Shown here: piece after piece, positions 1-8,974 of the stretch | Layout: each line of letters begins with the position of its first letter | How positions within the stretch are numbered: position 1 is the first letter of the stretch | Source of the DNA: Chromatiales bacterium | Lineage (GTDB): Bacteria; Pseudomonadota; Gammaproteobacteria; JACCXJ01 | Assembly (NCBI GenBank): GCA_043673815.1 | Contig: JBIMKD010000272.1 | Coordinates: 1-24,000 of the forward strand | DNA length: 24,000 nucleotides | Direction: 5' to 3' | Notes under the pieces: model-generated | Databases searched by the model: none | The model's input: only the letters and a program-made list of their open reading frames with translations | What the model was told of the DNA's origin: nothing | Made by a program: the position numbers and the translations under genes

Positions 1-34
1 GAAAAACTGTATGACTGCCATATCTGTAGTCCAT
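1..34 (-). CDS. 5' end of an IS200/IS605-family (Y1/HUH) TnpA-like transposase gene; only 11 codons are in the window and the gene runs off the left edge
   Basis: The reverse strand reads GGAGG-N6-ATG GAC TAC AGA TAT GGC AGT CAT ACA GTT TTT, giving MDYRYGSHTVF. The [YF]R.GSH.V start resembles the usual N-terminus of IS200/IS605 TnpA proteins. A strong SD lies 6 nt upstream. Only 11 residues are visible, so the call is tentative. Confidence 0.35.
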   Translation of the reverse strand, partial: MDYRYGSHTVF

Positions 35-73
35 GATGCACCTCCTTGCGCAGCATTTTCGCAGCTAAAGCTA

Positions 74-90
74 ACCGGCTAAAAGCCGGT
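74..90. repeat. Perfect hairpin ACCGGCT-AAA-AGCCGGT, possibly the subterminal hairpin of the IS200/IS605-like element
   Basis: A 7-bp perfect stem with a 3-nt loop read directly from the sequence. It lies about 40 nt upstream of the putative tnpA start, in an AT-rich non-coding stretch. IS200/IS605 ends are known to carry TnpA-recognised hairpins. The functional assignment is inference. Confidence 0.35.
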
Positions 91-153
91 GGTTTTAACC
101 CTATGATGGACAATAAACCCTAGCGTTGCATAAATCTCGGTTGACTGGCGAAC

Positions 154-1002
154 TCACGCAGCTTTCAGAGCGGCCAGGTAATGCAACAGTTCCTCCTGGA
201 CCGCTTGATTGGCTGACATACTGAGGGTGAGCTGTCCTTGCGGCCGGATCAAGCGGCCTGCGCGCTGGATAAGGCGACGCCGCAGGGTGTCGAGGCGCGC
301 GAAATTCCACAGGGCAGGGCGTTTCTCCAGGGTTGTGCGCGAAGGCGGATGGACGATCATCTGGAGCTCGCGGCCGAGGTTGTGGGCGAGGAGCACCGAG
401 AGCAGGTAGACCCAGGTACGGGTGGGCACGTAGTCGAGCTGATTGTCGGATTTGAGCTCGGCGAAGAGGCCTTCCTGACTCCCGCGGCCGTTATGGAAGG
501 CAAGCACCTTGCGGGCACCGAGGCGTTTATTGCTGAGGATAACCTTAAACTCATAGCCGAATTGGTGCGGAGTGAAGAGATCGAGTTGCACGGGATCCTT
601 GAATTGCTGTTTTACCCGCGTGCGAATAAAGAGGAAACGATGGCGAACGTTCCAGGCCTTAGGTTTCCACTGCGCTTCGAAGTAGGCACACCCCGCCCCG
701 ATCCGCCACCACCAGCGGCGCGCTTCAATGCGCGCTTTGAGCTCGGCGAAGCGCTCGAAGGGGACGCTCACCGTATACTCCACCCCTTGGGCGTCGAGGC
801 TCCCGATGATTTCATCGCTGAAAAACGCACTGTCCATGCGCACCTCAATGCAGACCCCAGGGAGGGCGGCCCGTACCGTGGCGATACAGGCGAGGATGAA
901 CTCCCGGGCACCGTGGGAGTCATGGACGTTGCCGGATCGGTGCAGCACATCGAACACCTGCCCGGTTTGAGCCACGGTGAGATCCAGCGAAAAGCACGAA
1001 AC
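154..1002 (-). pseudogene. IS1380-family (DDE group 1) transposase, N-terminally truncated remnant
   Basis: The 273-aa ORF contains LHRSGNVHDSHGAREF...RMDSAFF...FHNGRGSQEGLFAELK, which matches the central and C-terminal parts of IS1380-type DDE transposases. The N-terminal region carrying the first catalytic Asp is absent. The ORF's start is an internal GTG, and an in-frame TGA lies at 1003-1005 just upstream. Confidence 0.75.
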
Positions 1003-1086
1003 TCACTGAAAACCCTGTGTCCGACGCCATTTCCCACCGCTTAACCCCAGAATTTATGCAACTGAAAGGTAAAAACAGACCCACAC

Positions 1087-1148
1087 TATCATGCCGTTAT
1101 TGCCAGATCGTCTCTTCACTTACCCATAAATTCTGCGGAAGAGCCCAA
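1087..1148 (+). repeat. Repeat family copy A (solo arm), related to 12481-12534 (inverted) and 12965-12992
   Basis: By hand alignment, 1087-1144 versus the reverse complement of 12481-12534 gives 45 of 51 aligned positions identical, plus one unalignable 7-nt versus 3-nt block. 1121-1148 versus 12965-12992 is 25/28 identical. The sharp end ...AAATTCTGCGGAAGAGC lies 6 nt from the TAA stop of the LytTR gene. Confidence 0.6.
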
Positions 1149-1150
1149 TT

Positions 1151-2008
1151 TTATGACCCTGGAAATACGACGCCCTGCTGCTCGCACGTTGACAAAGCCG
1201 ACTGCAATCCTTCCCGTAACGACGCCAGATAGGATCTACCGACCGGCAGTGATTTCGTGCTTCCCCGGAGATCAACTTCGAATTCATCGGTATCGCCGTA
1301 CCGGGTCCGCAACGAGAGCACGTGGCGCAAGTTGACCATATAGCTCTTGTGAATGCGGAAAAAGCCATGGGGCTTCAGAGTCCCTTGAAAATCTTCCATC
1401 GATCCGCGTACGTCAGCCAGAGCGCCTCCCTGAACCAAATGCACCTCCAGCTTGTTGGGCTTCTCTCTACTCGTGCAGATGTACTGAATTTCCTCAGGTA
1501 GCAGGTAAGCCGTGCCGTGTGATCTATCGGTCAGACGCGCGGCGGGGTCCTGCTTATTTTGGTAGAGCAGCTTCTCGGTGTTGTGGGAGATGGCAATACG
1601 CTGCGGCGTAGGCTCCGGCCTTGTGCGTGAGCGCGTGAAATCCTTGCGCACCCAGTCCAGCGCTTCGGCGAGGTTCGCGTCTTCGAGCGGTTTCAACAAG
1701 AAATGAATCGGGTGATAGCTATGCGACACCAGGGAATGTTCGGGATAGGCGGTGACGAAGATCAAGCGAGGCGGTACCTTCATGCGATTGATCTTTCGCG
1801 CCAAATCTAGACCACTCGTCTCAGCCTCCATGCGAATGTCTAGAAAGACCAGATCCGGCGCCTGCGCCTCCACCTGCTCCCAACCCTCGGCCGCGTCACT
1901 CGCCTCCCCGACTACCTCAATATCGGGGTAATGTGACAAGAGATCGCCTAGCTCCGCACGGTTCAGCGGCTCATCGTCAATGATCACGATGCGGAGCTTC
2001 TCTACCAT
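1151..2008 (-). CDS. LytR/AlgR-family response regulator (REC + LytTR DNA-binding domain)
   Basis: N-terminal receiver (IVIIDDEP...DLVFLDIRM...FVTAY...LLKP) and C-terminal LytTR motif (FFRIHKSYMVNLRHV). The start overlaps the upstream kinase stop by 7 nt (gcATGGTAGag). Confidence 0.9.
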   Translation of the reverse strand: MVEKLRIVIIDDEPLNRAELGDLLSHYPDIEVVGEASDAAEGWEQVEAQAPDLVFLDIRMEAETSGLDLARKINRMKVPPRLIFVTAYPEHSLVSHSYHPIHFLLKPLEDANLAEALDWVRKDFTRSRTRPEPTPQRIAISHNTEKLLYQNKQDPAARLTDRSHGTAYLLPEEIQYICTSREKPNKLEVHLVQGGALADVRGSMEDFQGTLKPHGFFRIHKSYMVNLRHVLSLRTRYGDTDEFEVDLRGSTKSLPVGRSYLASLREGLQSALSTCEQQGVVFPGS

Positions 2009-3315
2009 GCCGCCTCTCGCCGCGGCAAGATGAGGGTGGCTTTAGTCCCCACCCCGATCCGGCTTTCAAAGAGAAGCTGCCCCTTCTGTCCAAACGCCAG
2101 TTGCAGGCTTTGTCGGAGTTGATAGAGCGCCGTGCCCGAGCCTCGGTTCGACGCAACAGGCTGAAGGCCGAGCAACGCCAATTGCTCGGGCGAAATGCCA
2201 CGACCGTTGTCGGTCACCCCTAGCACGAGCTTGTCGCGTTGCGCCTCTGCGGAGATGACGATCTCCAGTGACCCTTGGTCGTTGCGCAAACCGTGGGTGA
2301 ACGCATTCTCGACCAGGGTGTGTAGCGAATAAGGTGGTAATCGGCAGTTTCGCAGCTTGGGATCAATCTCGTGCCGACAGTGCAACACGGCATCGCCAAA
2401 GCGCAGCCTTTGGAAATCGCAGTAGAGCTCCTGATGTTTCAATTCTTGCTCGAGGGTCACGGAAGTCGCCGCCGAATGCTCCCGAGTGGCTCGAAAGAAA
2501 TGGCCTAGCTTGACCACATATGCGCGCGCTTGCTCGGGATCGGTGTGGATGAGCTGTTTAAGAGCGTTCAAGGTATTCATCAAGAAATGCGGCTCGACCT
2601 GCGCCTGCAAGCCGCGGATCTCCGCCTGGCGCGCCCGGAGCTCCTTATCCAGAAATTGCATCATCCAGATGAATAAACCGGCGCCCACGCTGTTCGTTAG
2701 AAGCATCGGCAAGGCCGTCATGTTGATCAGCTTCAGGGCATTCTCATGGGGAAGCGCAAACTGCCAAATTAACCCCATTTGTACTATCACGGAGACGGTT
2801 CCCACCAGCGTAGCAATTGTCGGCCTGTTAACGAACTGTGGCCGTAAGTGAGCCAGGACACCTGCCCCAACGCCTGTCAAAACGGTGGACATCGCACAAG
2901 GCAGCGCACTCAGTCCTCCCAGGCTATAGCGCTCGAGGCCCGCCAATACGCCGACGATGGAGCCGCATAGAGGGCCGCCGATGAGCCCCGCCACGATTAC
3001 GAACAAGTCGCGAAAATTGATTCGGGCTTCATTATCGGCGAATCGGGTCGGCAATGCCGCGGGCCATTCGCCGACGACGCCGTGGTTGACGTTGACCACG
3101 ATGCCGCTGTGCGTGCCGATCACCGCCAGAACGGTGAACAAGCAAACCGTGATCAGTGCATGCCTGGCGCTGCGCCTAGCGCCATACACAGCGGCTCGGA
3201 GCCAACCCATGCGCAGGGCGATGAGAACGGCCACAACCACCATGCAGACTTGTTGCAGGAGCTGCAAGGTCCAGGTGAGGCCAAGCACAAGCCCCTCGTT
3301 CCACTCGTTTGCCAT
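2002..3315 (-). CDS. LytS-type sensor histidine kinase (5TMR-LYT membrane domain + His_kinase + HATPase_c); no GAF domain visible
   Basis: Hydrophobic N-terminal half with multiple TM segments. This is followed by QAQVEPHFLMNTLNALKQLI (LytS/YehU-type H-box) and the ATPase motifs LVENAFTHG and DNGRGI...GSGTAL. It is translationally coupled to the LytTR regulator. Confidence 0.88.
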   Translation of the reverse strand: MANEWNEGLVLGLTWTLQLLQQVCMVVVAVLIALRMGWLRAAVYGARRSARHALITVCLFTVLAVIGTHSGIVVNVNHGVVGEWPAALPTRFADNEARINFRDLFVIVAGLIGGPLCGSIVGVLAGLERYSLGGLSALPCAMSTVLTGVGAGVLAHLRPQFVNRPTIATLVGTVSVIVQMGLIWQFALPHENALKLINMTALPMLLTNSVGAGLFIWMMQFLDKELRARQAEIRGLQAQVEPHFLMNTLNALKQLIHTDPEQARAYVVKLGHFFRATREHSAATSVTLEQELKHQELYCDFQRLRFGDAVLHCRHEIDPKLRNCRLPPYSLHTLVENAFTHGLRNDQGSLEIVISAEAQRDKLVLGVTDNGRGISPEQLALLGLQPVASNRGSGTALYQLRQSLQLAFGQKGQLLFESRIGVGTKATLILPRREAAW

Positions 3316-3521
3316 AGGCTTAAGGATGAGGCCTCATAAAAATACTTAACCATTCTACTGAAACCATCGCTGAGTTTCAGCGCATCTCACACCCCAACGG
3401 CTGCGGCTTGCCAGCGATCGCGGGCGGGTTGGCAGAGCACCCCCACAACCCTCGCTCGCGTGTGTATCCTTGTTCCAGTGGTCAGTTCCCGCCGCCATGA
3501 GCGAATACGACGGAGTAAGCG

Positions 3522-4184
3522 ATGATCCACACAGATTCTGATCACCACAATACAGTCACCGGCGAACACTCTGCATTGTCGCAGCGCATTTTCGCCTTTA
3601 CTTTGGACCAGGCGGGCAGTGAGCTGCCTTTCAGCCGGCGCGTAGCACGCGAGAACGGCTGGTCAACGGACTACACCTCGCGCGTCATCGAGGAGTATAA
3701 GCGCTTCGCGTTCTTGGCGACGGTCACCAGTCACCCGGTCACCCCCTCCGATCCGGTGGATCAGGTCTGGCACTTACATTTGACATACAGCCGATTCTAC
3801 TGGGAGGACTTCTGCCCGAATGTTCTAGGCAAGGCCCTCCATCATGAGCCCGCGCGGGGAGGATGGGCCGAGCAACAGAAGTTCTCTGAGTGGTATCAGC
3901 AAACCCTCGCAAGCTACGAGCGGTTGTTGGGGCACCTACCGCCTTCGGACATTTGGCCTGCGCCGGCGATCCGGTTCGGCGGGAAAGAGCATTTCGTGCG
4001 GATCAATAAGACCTGCTATTGGCTCATCCCCAAACCCGTCGAGGGGATCGGAACCCGCGTGGGCGTTCGCGAAAATAGCGCACGGGAATCAGGAAGGAAT
4101 GTGCCGGTCGACTCGGGTGCTTCCGGTACCGCGGCCTGCGGATGCGGTGGCTGTGGAGGGGGTTGTGGAGGCTGCGGCGGCTGA
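3522..4184 (+). CDS. DUF1399 / glycine-rich-domain-containing-protein-like (GRDP-like) protein with a C-terminal Cys-Gly repeat tail
   Basis: Motif block EEYKRFAFLA...PSDPVDQVWHLHLTYSRFYWEDFC...LHHEP resembles the conserved core of the DUF1399 family. The C-terminus is GTAACGCGGCGGGCGGCGG. GGAG lies about 10 nt upstream of the ATG. Confidence 0.6.
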   Translation: MIHTDSDHHNTVTGEHSALSQRIFAFTLDQAGSELPFSRRVARENGWSTDYTSRVIEEYKRFAFLATVTSHPVTPSDPVDQVWHLHLTYSRFYWEDFCPNVLGKALHHEPARGGWAEQQKFSEWYQQTLASYERLLGHLPPSDIWPAPAIRFGGKEHFVRINKTCYWLIPKPVEGIGTRVGVRENSARESGRNVPVDSGASGTAACGCGGCGGGCGGCGG

Positions 4185-4314
4185 AGCTATTCAACCGCGT
4201 TCCACGTTATCTCACTTGGTTCAGCGTCTAAACGACGTTCCACTACGTCAATAACGGGTAACACTTAGGCTGATTTCTCGCTAAACCAGGCAACCGCCGA
4301 AAGAGAGGTTTCGT

Positions 4315-6433
4315 ATGCAATCAGGTCGTCAATCTGTTTTGGAATACGCAAGGCTCTGCGCCGGCTGGGGATCTCCGCTAGCCGCGGCATGCGCGCTGCT
4401 AATCATCGTCATGCTCTCAATGCCCGTAGTGGCCCAGTCGACGACGCCACCCCCAATCATCGACCGCGAGCTGTTCTTCGGCGATCCAGAGATCGTCGGC
4501 GCTCAGATTTCGCCCGACGGTGTGTTCATCGCCTTTATCAAGCCCTTCAAAGGTACGCGTAACATTTGGGTAAAACGCACGGCTGATCCTTTCGCTAGCG
4601 CTAAGCCGCTGACGGCCGACACAAAGCGGCCCGTTGACTGGTACTTCTGGAGCCGCGACGGCAAATACATTTTGTTTGCGCAGGACAAGCTCGGTGATGA
4701 AAACTATAACGTCTATGCGGTCAATCCGGCGGATAGTCCGGCCGTGGGTCAGGATGTTCCAGCCGCACGCAACCTAACCGATGTGAAAGGCGTGGCGGCT
4801 TGGATTTCTGCCGTGCCGCGCAGCGAGCCCGACACACTCTACGTAGGCCTGAACGACCGCGACCCTGCCTGGCATGACCTCTACCGAGTGAAGGATTTCC
4901 ACGGGTGAGCGTACCTTGATGCGGAAGAATACCGAGCGCATCACATCCTGGGTCTTCGATCTCAAAGATCGGTTGCGCCTGGCGACTCGTTCGGCGGAGA
5001 ACGGGGATACTGAGGTGCTGCGCGTCGACCCTGACGGCTTTGCAAACGTTTATTCCTGCAACGTATTTGAAACCTGCGGGCCCGTCCAGTATCACAAAGA
5101 CGGAGAACGCACTTATTTCATTACCAATAAGGGCCCCAACATCAATCTCATTCGCCTGGAGTTGTTTAACCCCGCCACCGGAAAAGAAGAACCGGTCGAT
5201 GCGGATCCTCTTAACCGCGTGGATAATAGCAACGCGTGGTTCTCTGAAGTCACCGATGACTTGATAGCCACCATCTACGAGGATGAGCGCTTACGGATCT
5301 ACTGGAAAGACAAAGCGTTCGAAGCCGATTACAAACTCCTGCAAGAGCGTTTGCCGGATAAGGAGATCGATCTAGACTCTTGGACCAAGGACGAACGACT
5401 GTGGCTGGTAAGCGCACGCAGCGATACCGAACCCGGTGAAACTTATCTCTTCGATCGCAATACAAAAAAGCTGACGCTCCAATATCAGGTGCGAGACAAA
5501 TTGACCCGCAGTCACCTCGCGCCGATGAAGGCAGTCCGCTACAACTCATCGGATGGGCTCGAGATCCCCGCCTACCTGACACTCCCGAAAGGGGTCGAGC
5601 CCAAGAGCCTGCCTGCCATCATCCTGCCGCATGGCGGCCCATGGGGTCGCGATAGCTGGGGTTACAACGGCTTTGCGCAGTTCCTGGCAAATCGGGGTTA
5701 TGCTGTGCTGCAGCCAAACTTTCGCGCGTCAACCGGCTATGGCAAGAAGTTTCTCGACGCCGGCAACCAGCAATGGGGCGATAAGATGCAGGACGACGTG
5801 ACCTGGGGCGCGAACTATCTGATCGCCCAGGGCATTGCCGATCCCAAACGCATCGGCATCATGGGGGTGTCTTACGGCGGTTACGCCACGCTCGCCGGCG
5901 TGGCGTTTACACCCGATGTCTATGCCGCCGCCGTTTCCATCGTGGGGCCGTCAAGCTTGATTACGTGGCTTGAATCGATACCCCCCTACTGGGAATCGGG
6001 TCGCATGTTTGTCCATCAGCGCATGGGCGATCCCACCACTCCGGCAGGCAAGGCCCAACTCGAGCGCCAGTCGCCGTTGAATTCCGCCACCAGGATCAAG
6101 ACCCCGCTCTTGATCGTGCATGGTGCAAACGATGTGCGTGTTAACCAACGTGAGTCGGATCAGATCGTGATCGCGCTGCGCGAGCGTGGTTATCCCGTCG
6201 AGTACCTGGTCGCGCCAGACGAAGGTCATGGTTTCGCGCGGCCAGAAAACAATATGGCCATGTTTGCGGCGGCTGAGAAGTTCCTGGCCAAGTACCTCGG
6301 TGGACGTTATCAAGAAGCGATGACATCGGAAGTGGCACAGCGACTGAAGGAGATCACCGTCGATGTGAACACGGTCGCGTTGCCGAACAAGACGGATGCC
6401 ACGGCGGGTAAGCCCAAGCCCAGTACCGACTAA
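4315..6433 (+). pseudogene. S9 (prolyl oligopeptidase / dipeptidyl aminopeptidase-acylaminoacyl peptidase) family serine peptidase, split by a +1 frameshift near 4892-4894
   Basis: The N-terminal ORF (4315-4908) has a signal-like hydrophobic segment and beta-propeller-type sequence. The second ORF (4916-6433) carries the catalytic domain with GVSYGGY (GxSxGG nucleophile), HGANDVRV and PDEGHGF. Frame 2 is already open from 4892 and reads RISTGERTLMRKN, which continues the frame-1 sequence ...LYRVK if one G of AAGG (4893/4894) is removed. Confidence 0.85.
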
Positions 6434-6535
6434 TTTAATGGGTGACTCCGAACTCGCCGCTTCGCTGCAGCGCTTGACCCCAGCCAAGCGCGTTAGCCAC
6501 CATACAAGGTCGGAACCTGAATGTCCCCAAAAGGG

Positions 6536-7600
6536 TCACGTCTCCCATCTCTCACGGCGCTTTCCCGGAACGGCTCTTACCCCGCCCGGCAGGTAGCGGC
6601 CGCGAGCGCCGCGCACGGCCATCTCAAAGCCGGCATCAAGGGCCGCTAGTAGGCTGCTCGGGTCGGCCTGGCCGGTCCCGGCTAGCATGAGCGCCGTGCC
6701 GTGATCGACCGATGTTCGAATGATCGGCAAGCCGAGCGTTACGTTCACGGCGCGGCCGAAGCCTTGGTGCTTCAGGACCGGGAGCCCTTGATCATGGTAC
6801 ATCGCAAGCACCGCGTCGGCGCGATTCACCGGTTCGGCGACGAAGGCGGTATCCGCGGGCAAGGGGCCCTCGACGCGGAGGCCCTCCGCACGCACGGTCT
6901 CGATCGCCGGAATAATATGATCGATCTCCTCCGTGCCGAGGTGTCCGCCCTCCCCCGCATGAGGGTTTAGGCCGCAAACGGCGATCCGGGGCTGGCTCAG
7001 GCCGAAACGGGCGCGGAGATCCCGAGCCAGGATCCGCAATACGCGTACGATGCGATCCTCGGTGATGAGATCGCTGACAGCGCGAAGGGGCACATGGGTG
7101 GTGGCGAGGGCGACGCGCAACTCGGGCGTACACAACATCATTACCGGAAAATGGCCGCCGGTCGCCGCGGCCAAATACTCCGTGTGACCGGTGAAGGGGA
7201 TCCCGGCATCGTTGAGGATCCCCTTGTGCACGGGCGCCGTCACCATGGCGTCGAAGGTCCCGTCCATGCACCCGCGGCAAGCCTGCGCGAGGGTCTCGAC
7301 CACAGAGGGAGCGTTGCGCTTATCCAATCGCCCGCTGACCGCCGGGCGGGCGAGCCGTACCGGTATGAGCTTGATCGCGCCGCGCCGTGCGACCGTGCGA
7401 TCTTCGGGCGAGAACGGCTCGATATGCAACGGGAGCTTGAGCTGCGCGGCGCGTGCAGTCAGCAATTTCGGATCGGCGATGACGGTGATCGCCCCCGGAT
7501 GCTCGCGTTGCGCGATGCGGACGATTAAGTCCGGTCCGATCCCAGCGGGCTCGCCGGCAGTGATGACGATCCGGGGACGCTGCGCAGCGGATTTTTTCAC
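6536..7600 (-). CDS. pdxA: 4-hydroxythreonine-4-phosphate dehydrogenase PdxA
   Basis: Motifs [31 protein letters not shown] and SVDHGTA, plus its position directly downstream of surA (6-nt gap). Confidence 0.92.
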   Translation of the reverse strand: MKKSAAQRPRIVITAGEPAGIGPDLIVRIAQREHPGAITVIADPKLLTARAAQLKLPLHIEPFSPEDRTVARRGAIKLIPVRLARPAVSGRLDKRNAPSVVETLAQACRGCMDGTFDAMVTAPVHKGILNDAGIPFTGHTEYLAAATGGHFPVMMLCTPELRVALATTHVPLRAVSDLITEDRIVRVLRILARDLRARFGLSQPRIAVCGLNPHAGEGGHLGTEEIDHIIPAIETVRAEGLRVEGPLPADTAFVAEPVNRADAVLAMYHDQGLPVLKHQGFGRAVNVTLGLPIIRTSVDHGTALMLAGTGQADPSSLLAALDAGFEMAVRGARGRYLPGGVRAVPGKRRERWET

Positions 7601-7606
7601 AAGCCC

Positions 7607-8959
7607 TCACTCGCGGAAACGATACTCGACATACGCCTCGTCACGCAGGCGGCGTAACCAGGCTTGGCCGGTTTCTTCGATCTTCCGCCGCCGGATCGCA
7701 TCGCGGGCCTTACCTCGCAGCGCCTCGCGCGTATTATCATGGTCGCGGCGTTTCAAGACCTGAACGATGTGCCACCCGAGCTCGGTCTCGAAGGGATCGC
7801 TGATCCCGTTGGGGGTTAACAGGCCCATGACGTCGTCGAACTTAGGCGCCAGATCGCCCGGACTGACCCAACCCAAGTCGCCGCCCTTGGCCGCGGTGGC
7901 TTTGTCTTCCGAATGCGATCGGGCCAGATCATCGAAATCGTCCCCACCTTCGATACGTTTCTTAAGTTTATGGAGGCGTTCCCGCACATCATCGCTCGAC
8001 ATCAGCTCGCTAGGTTTGATCAGTATGTGCCGGGCGCGCGTTTGTTTGACGGTCAGCTCTTCCCCGGCGCTCCGGACCCCCAGCAGCTTAATGATATGGT
8101 AGCCGCTGGGGCTACCGATCACGTCGCTGATCTCGCCCTCGCGCAACGAGGTGACTACCTCCGAAAACACCGTAGGCACTTCCCCGGCCTTGCGCCAACC
8201 GGGATCGCCGCTATCGAAGGCCTGCGGGTCGCCGGAATTCTCCGCTGCTACGCGCAGGAAATCTTCGCCTGCGCGCACGCGCCGCAGGAGCTTCTCCGCC
8301 TGTTTGCGTGCCTTCTCCGCGTCCTCCGCGGACGCAGAGCGCGGTGTGGCAACCAAGATATGCGCGAGACGATATTCCATCTCGATCGTATCTTGTTGCA
8401 CTTGTGTGGCGAGATAGTTGTCTATTTCCCGGTCCGAGACATGCACCAGGTTCGACACCTCGCGCTGGCGCAAGCGGCTGATAATGATCTCATCTCGGAC
8501 ATCCTCCCGAAATTGCGCAAAGTCATAACCGCCGCGCTCCACCGCTTCGCGAAAGCGCGCCAGCGGCATGCCGTTTTCCGAAGCGATATTGCTCACGGCA
8601 CGGTTCAGGGTATCGTCGTCCACCTTTAAGCCGGTCTGCGCGGCAAGCTGCAACTGAATCTTCATGACGATGAGACGCTCCAGCACCTGACGGCGCAGGG
8701 CGGCGTCGGGCGGCGGATCGCCGCGTTGTTGTTGCGATTCCGCTTTCACGCGTTCGAACATACGGTTGATCTCGCTCGCCATGACAACGTCGTCATTGAC
8801 CACGGCGATGATCGCATCGAGCGGTTCGGCGGTGGCTGCCGCGCAAGTGCTGTAAGCCAGGAGAAGGGCGGCGAAGCAGCCCTGTCTTAAGCGTTGCAGG
8901 AGCGGGTTTAAGTTTTCACTCGTGGTCTTGTACATGCGTCTATAAATACTATTCAACAA
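7607..8959 (-). CDS. surA: Periplasmic chaperone / peptidyl-prolyl isomerase SurA
   Basis: N-terminal signal-like segment, SurA N-domain and two parvulin-type PPIase domains (ARHILIK...GGDLGW and AHILV...). It lies between lptD and pdxA. The start could alternatively be the ATG at 8935. Confidence 0.9.
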   Translation of the reverse strand: MLNSIYRRMYKTTSENLNPLLQRLRQGCFAALLLAYSTCAAATAEPLDAIIAVVNDDVVMASEINRMFERVKAESQQQRGDPPPDAALRRQVLERLIVMKIQLQLAAQTGLKVDDDTLNRAVSNIASENGMPLARFREAVERGGYDFAQFREDVRDEIIISRLRQREVSNLVHVSDREIDNYLATQVQQDTIEMEYRLAHILVATPRSASAEDAEKARKQAEKLLRRVRAGEDFLRVAAENSGDPQAFDSGDPGWRKAGEVPTVFSEVVTSLREGEISDVIGSPSGYHIIKLLGVRSAGEELTVKQTRARHILIKPSELMSSDDVRERLHKLKKRIEGGDDFDDLARSHSEDKATAAKGGDLGWVSPGDLAPKFDDVMGLLTPNGISDPFETELGWHIVQVLKRRDHDNTREALRGKARDAIRRRKIEETGQAWLRRLRDEAYVEYRFRE

Positions 8960-8974
8960 CCCCGGCGCGCGGCG

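Noticed and set aside
238-1044. Long ORFs antisense to or overlapping confident genes. Examples: 238-1044(+), 5951-6487(-), 7913-8629(+), 10631-11167(+), 11217-11960(+), 14679-15509(+), 16042-16644(-), 16939-17694(-), 21134-21814(-).
   Set aside because: They are shadow ORFs typical of GC-rich DNA. Their translations are Arg/Pro/Gly/Ala-rich and low in complexity, contain no recognisable motifs, and each overlaps a gene with clear family signatures on the other strand or in another frame.
6470-6491. A hairpin, GCGCTTG-N8-CAAGCGC, lies between the convergent S9 peptidase and pdxA genes and could be a terminator.
   Set aside because: No U-tract follows on either strand and the stem is modest. 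It was not listed as a feature.
6434-6535. No rsmA/ksgA-apaG-apaH genes follow pdxA, unlike the E. coli lptD-surA-pdxA-rsmA-apaGH cluster.
   Set aside because: The downstream part of this cluster varies among Proteobacteria. This is ordinary synteny variation, not evidence of a rearrangement or a novel element.
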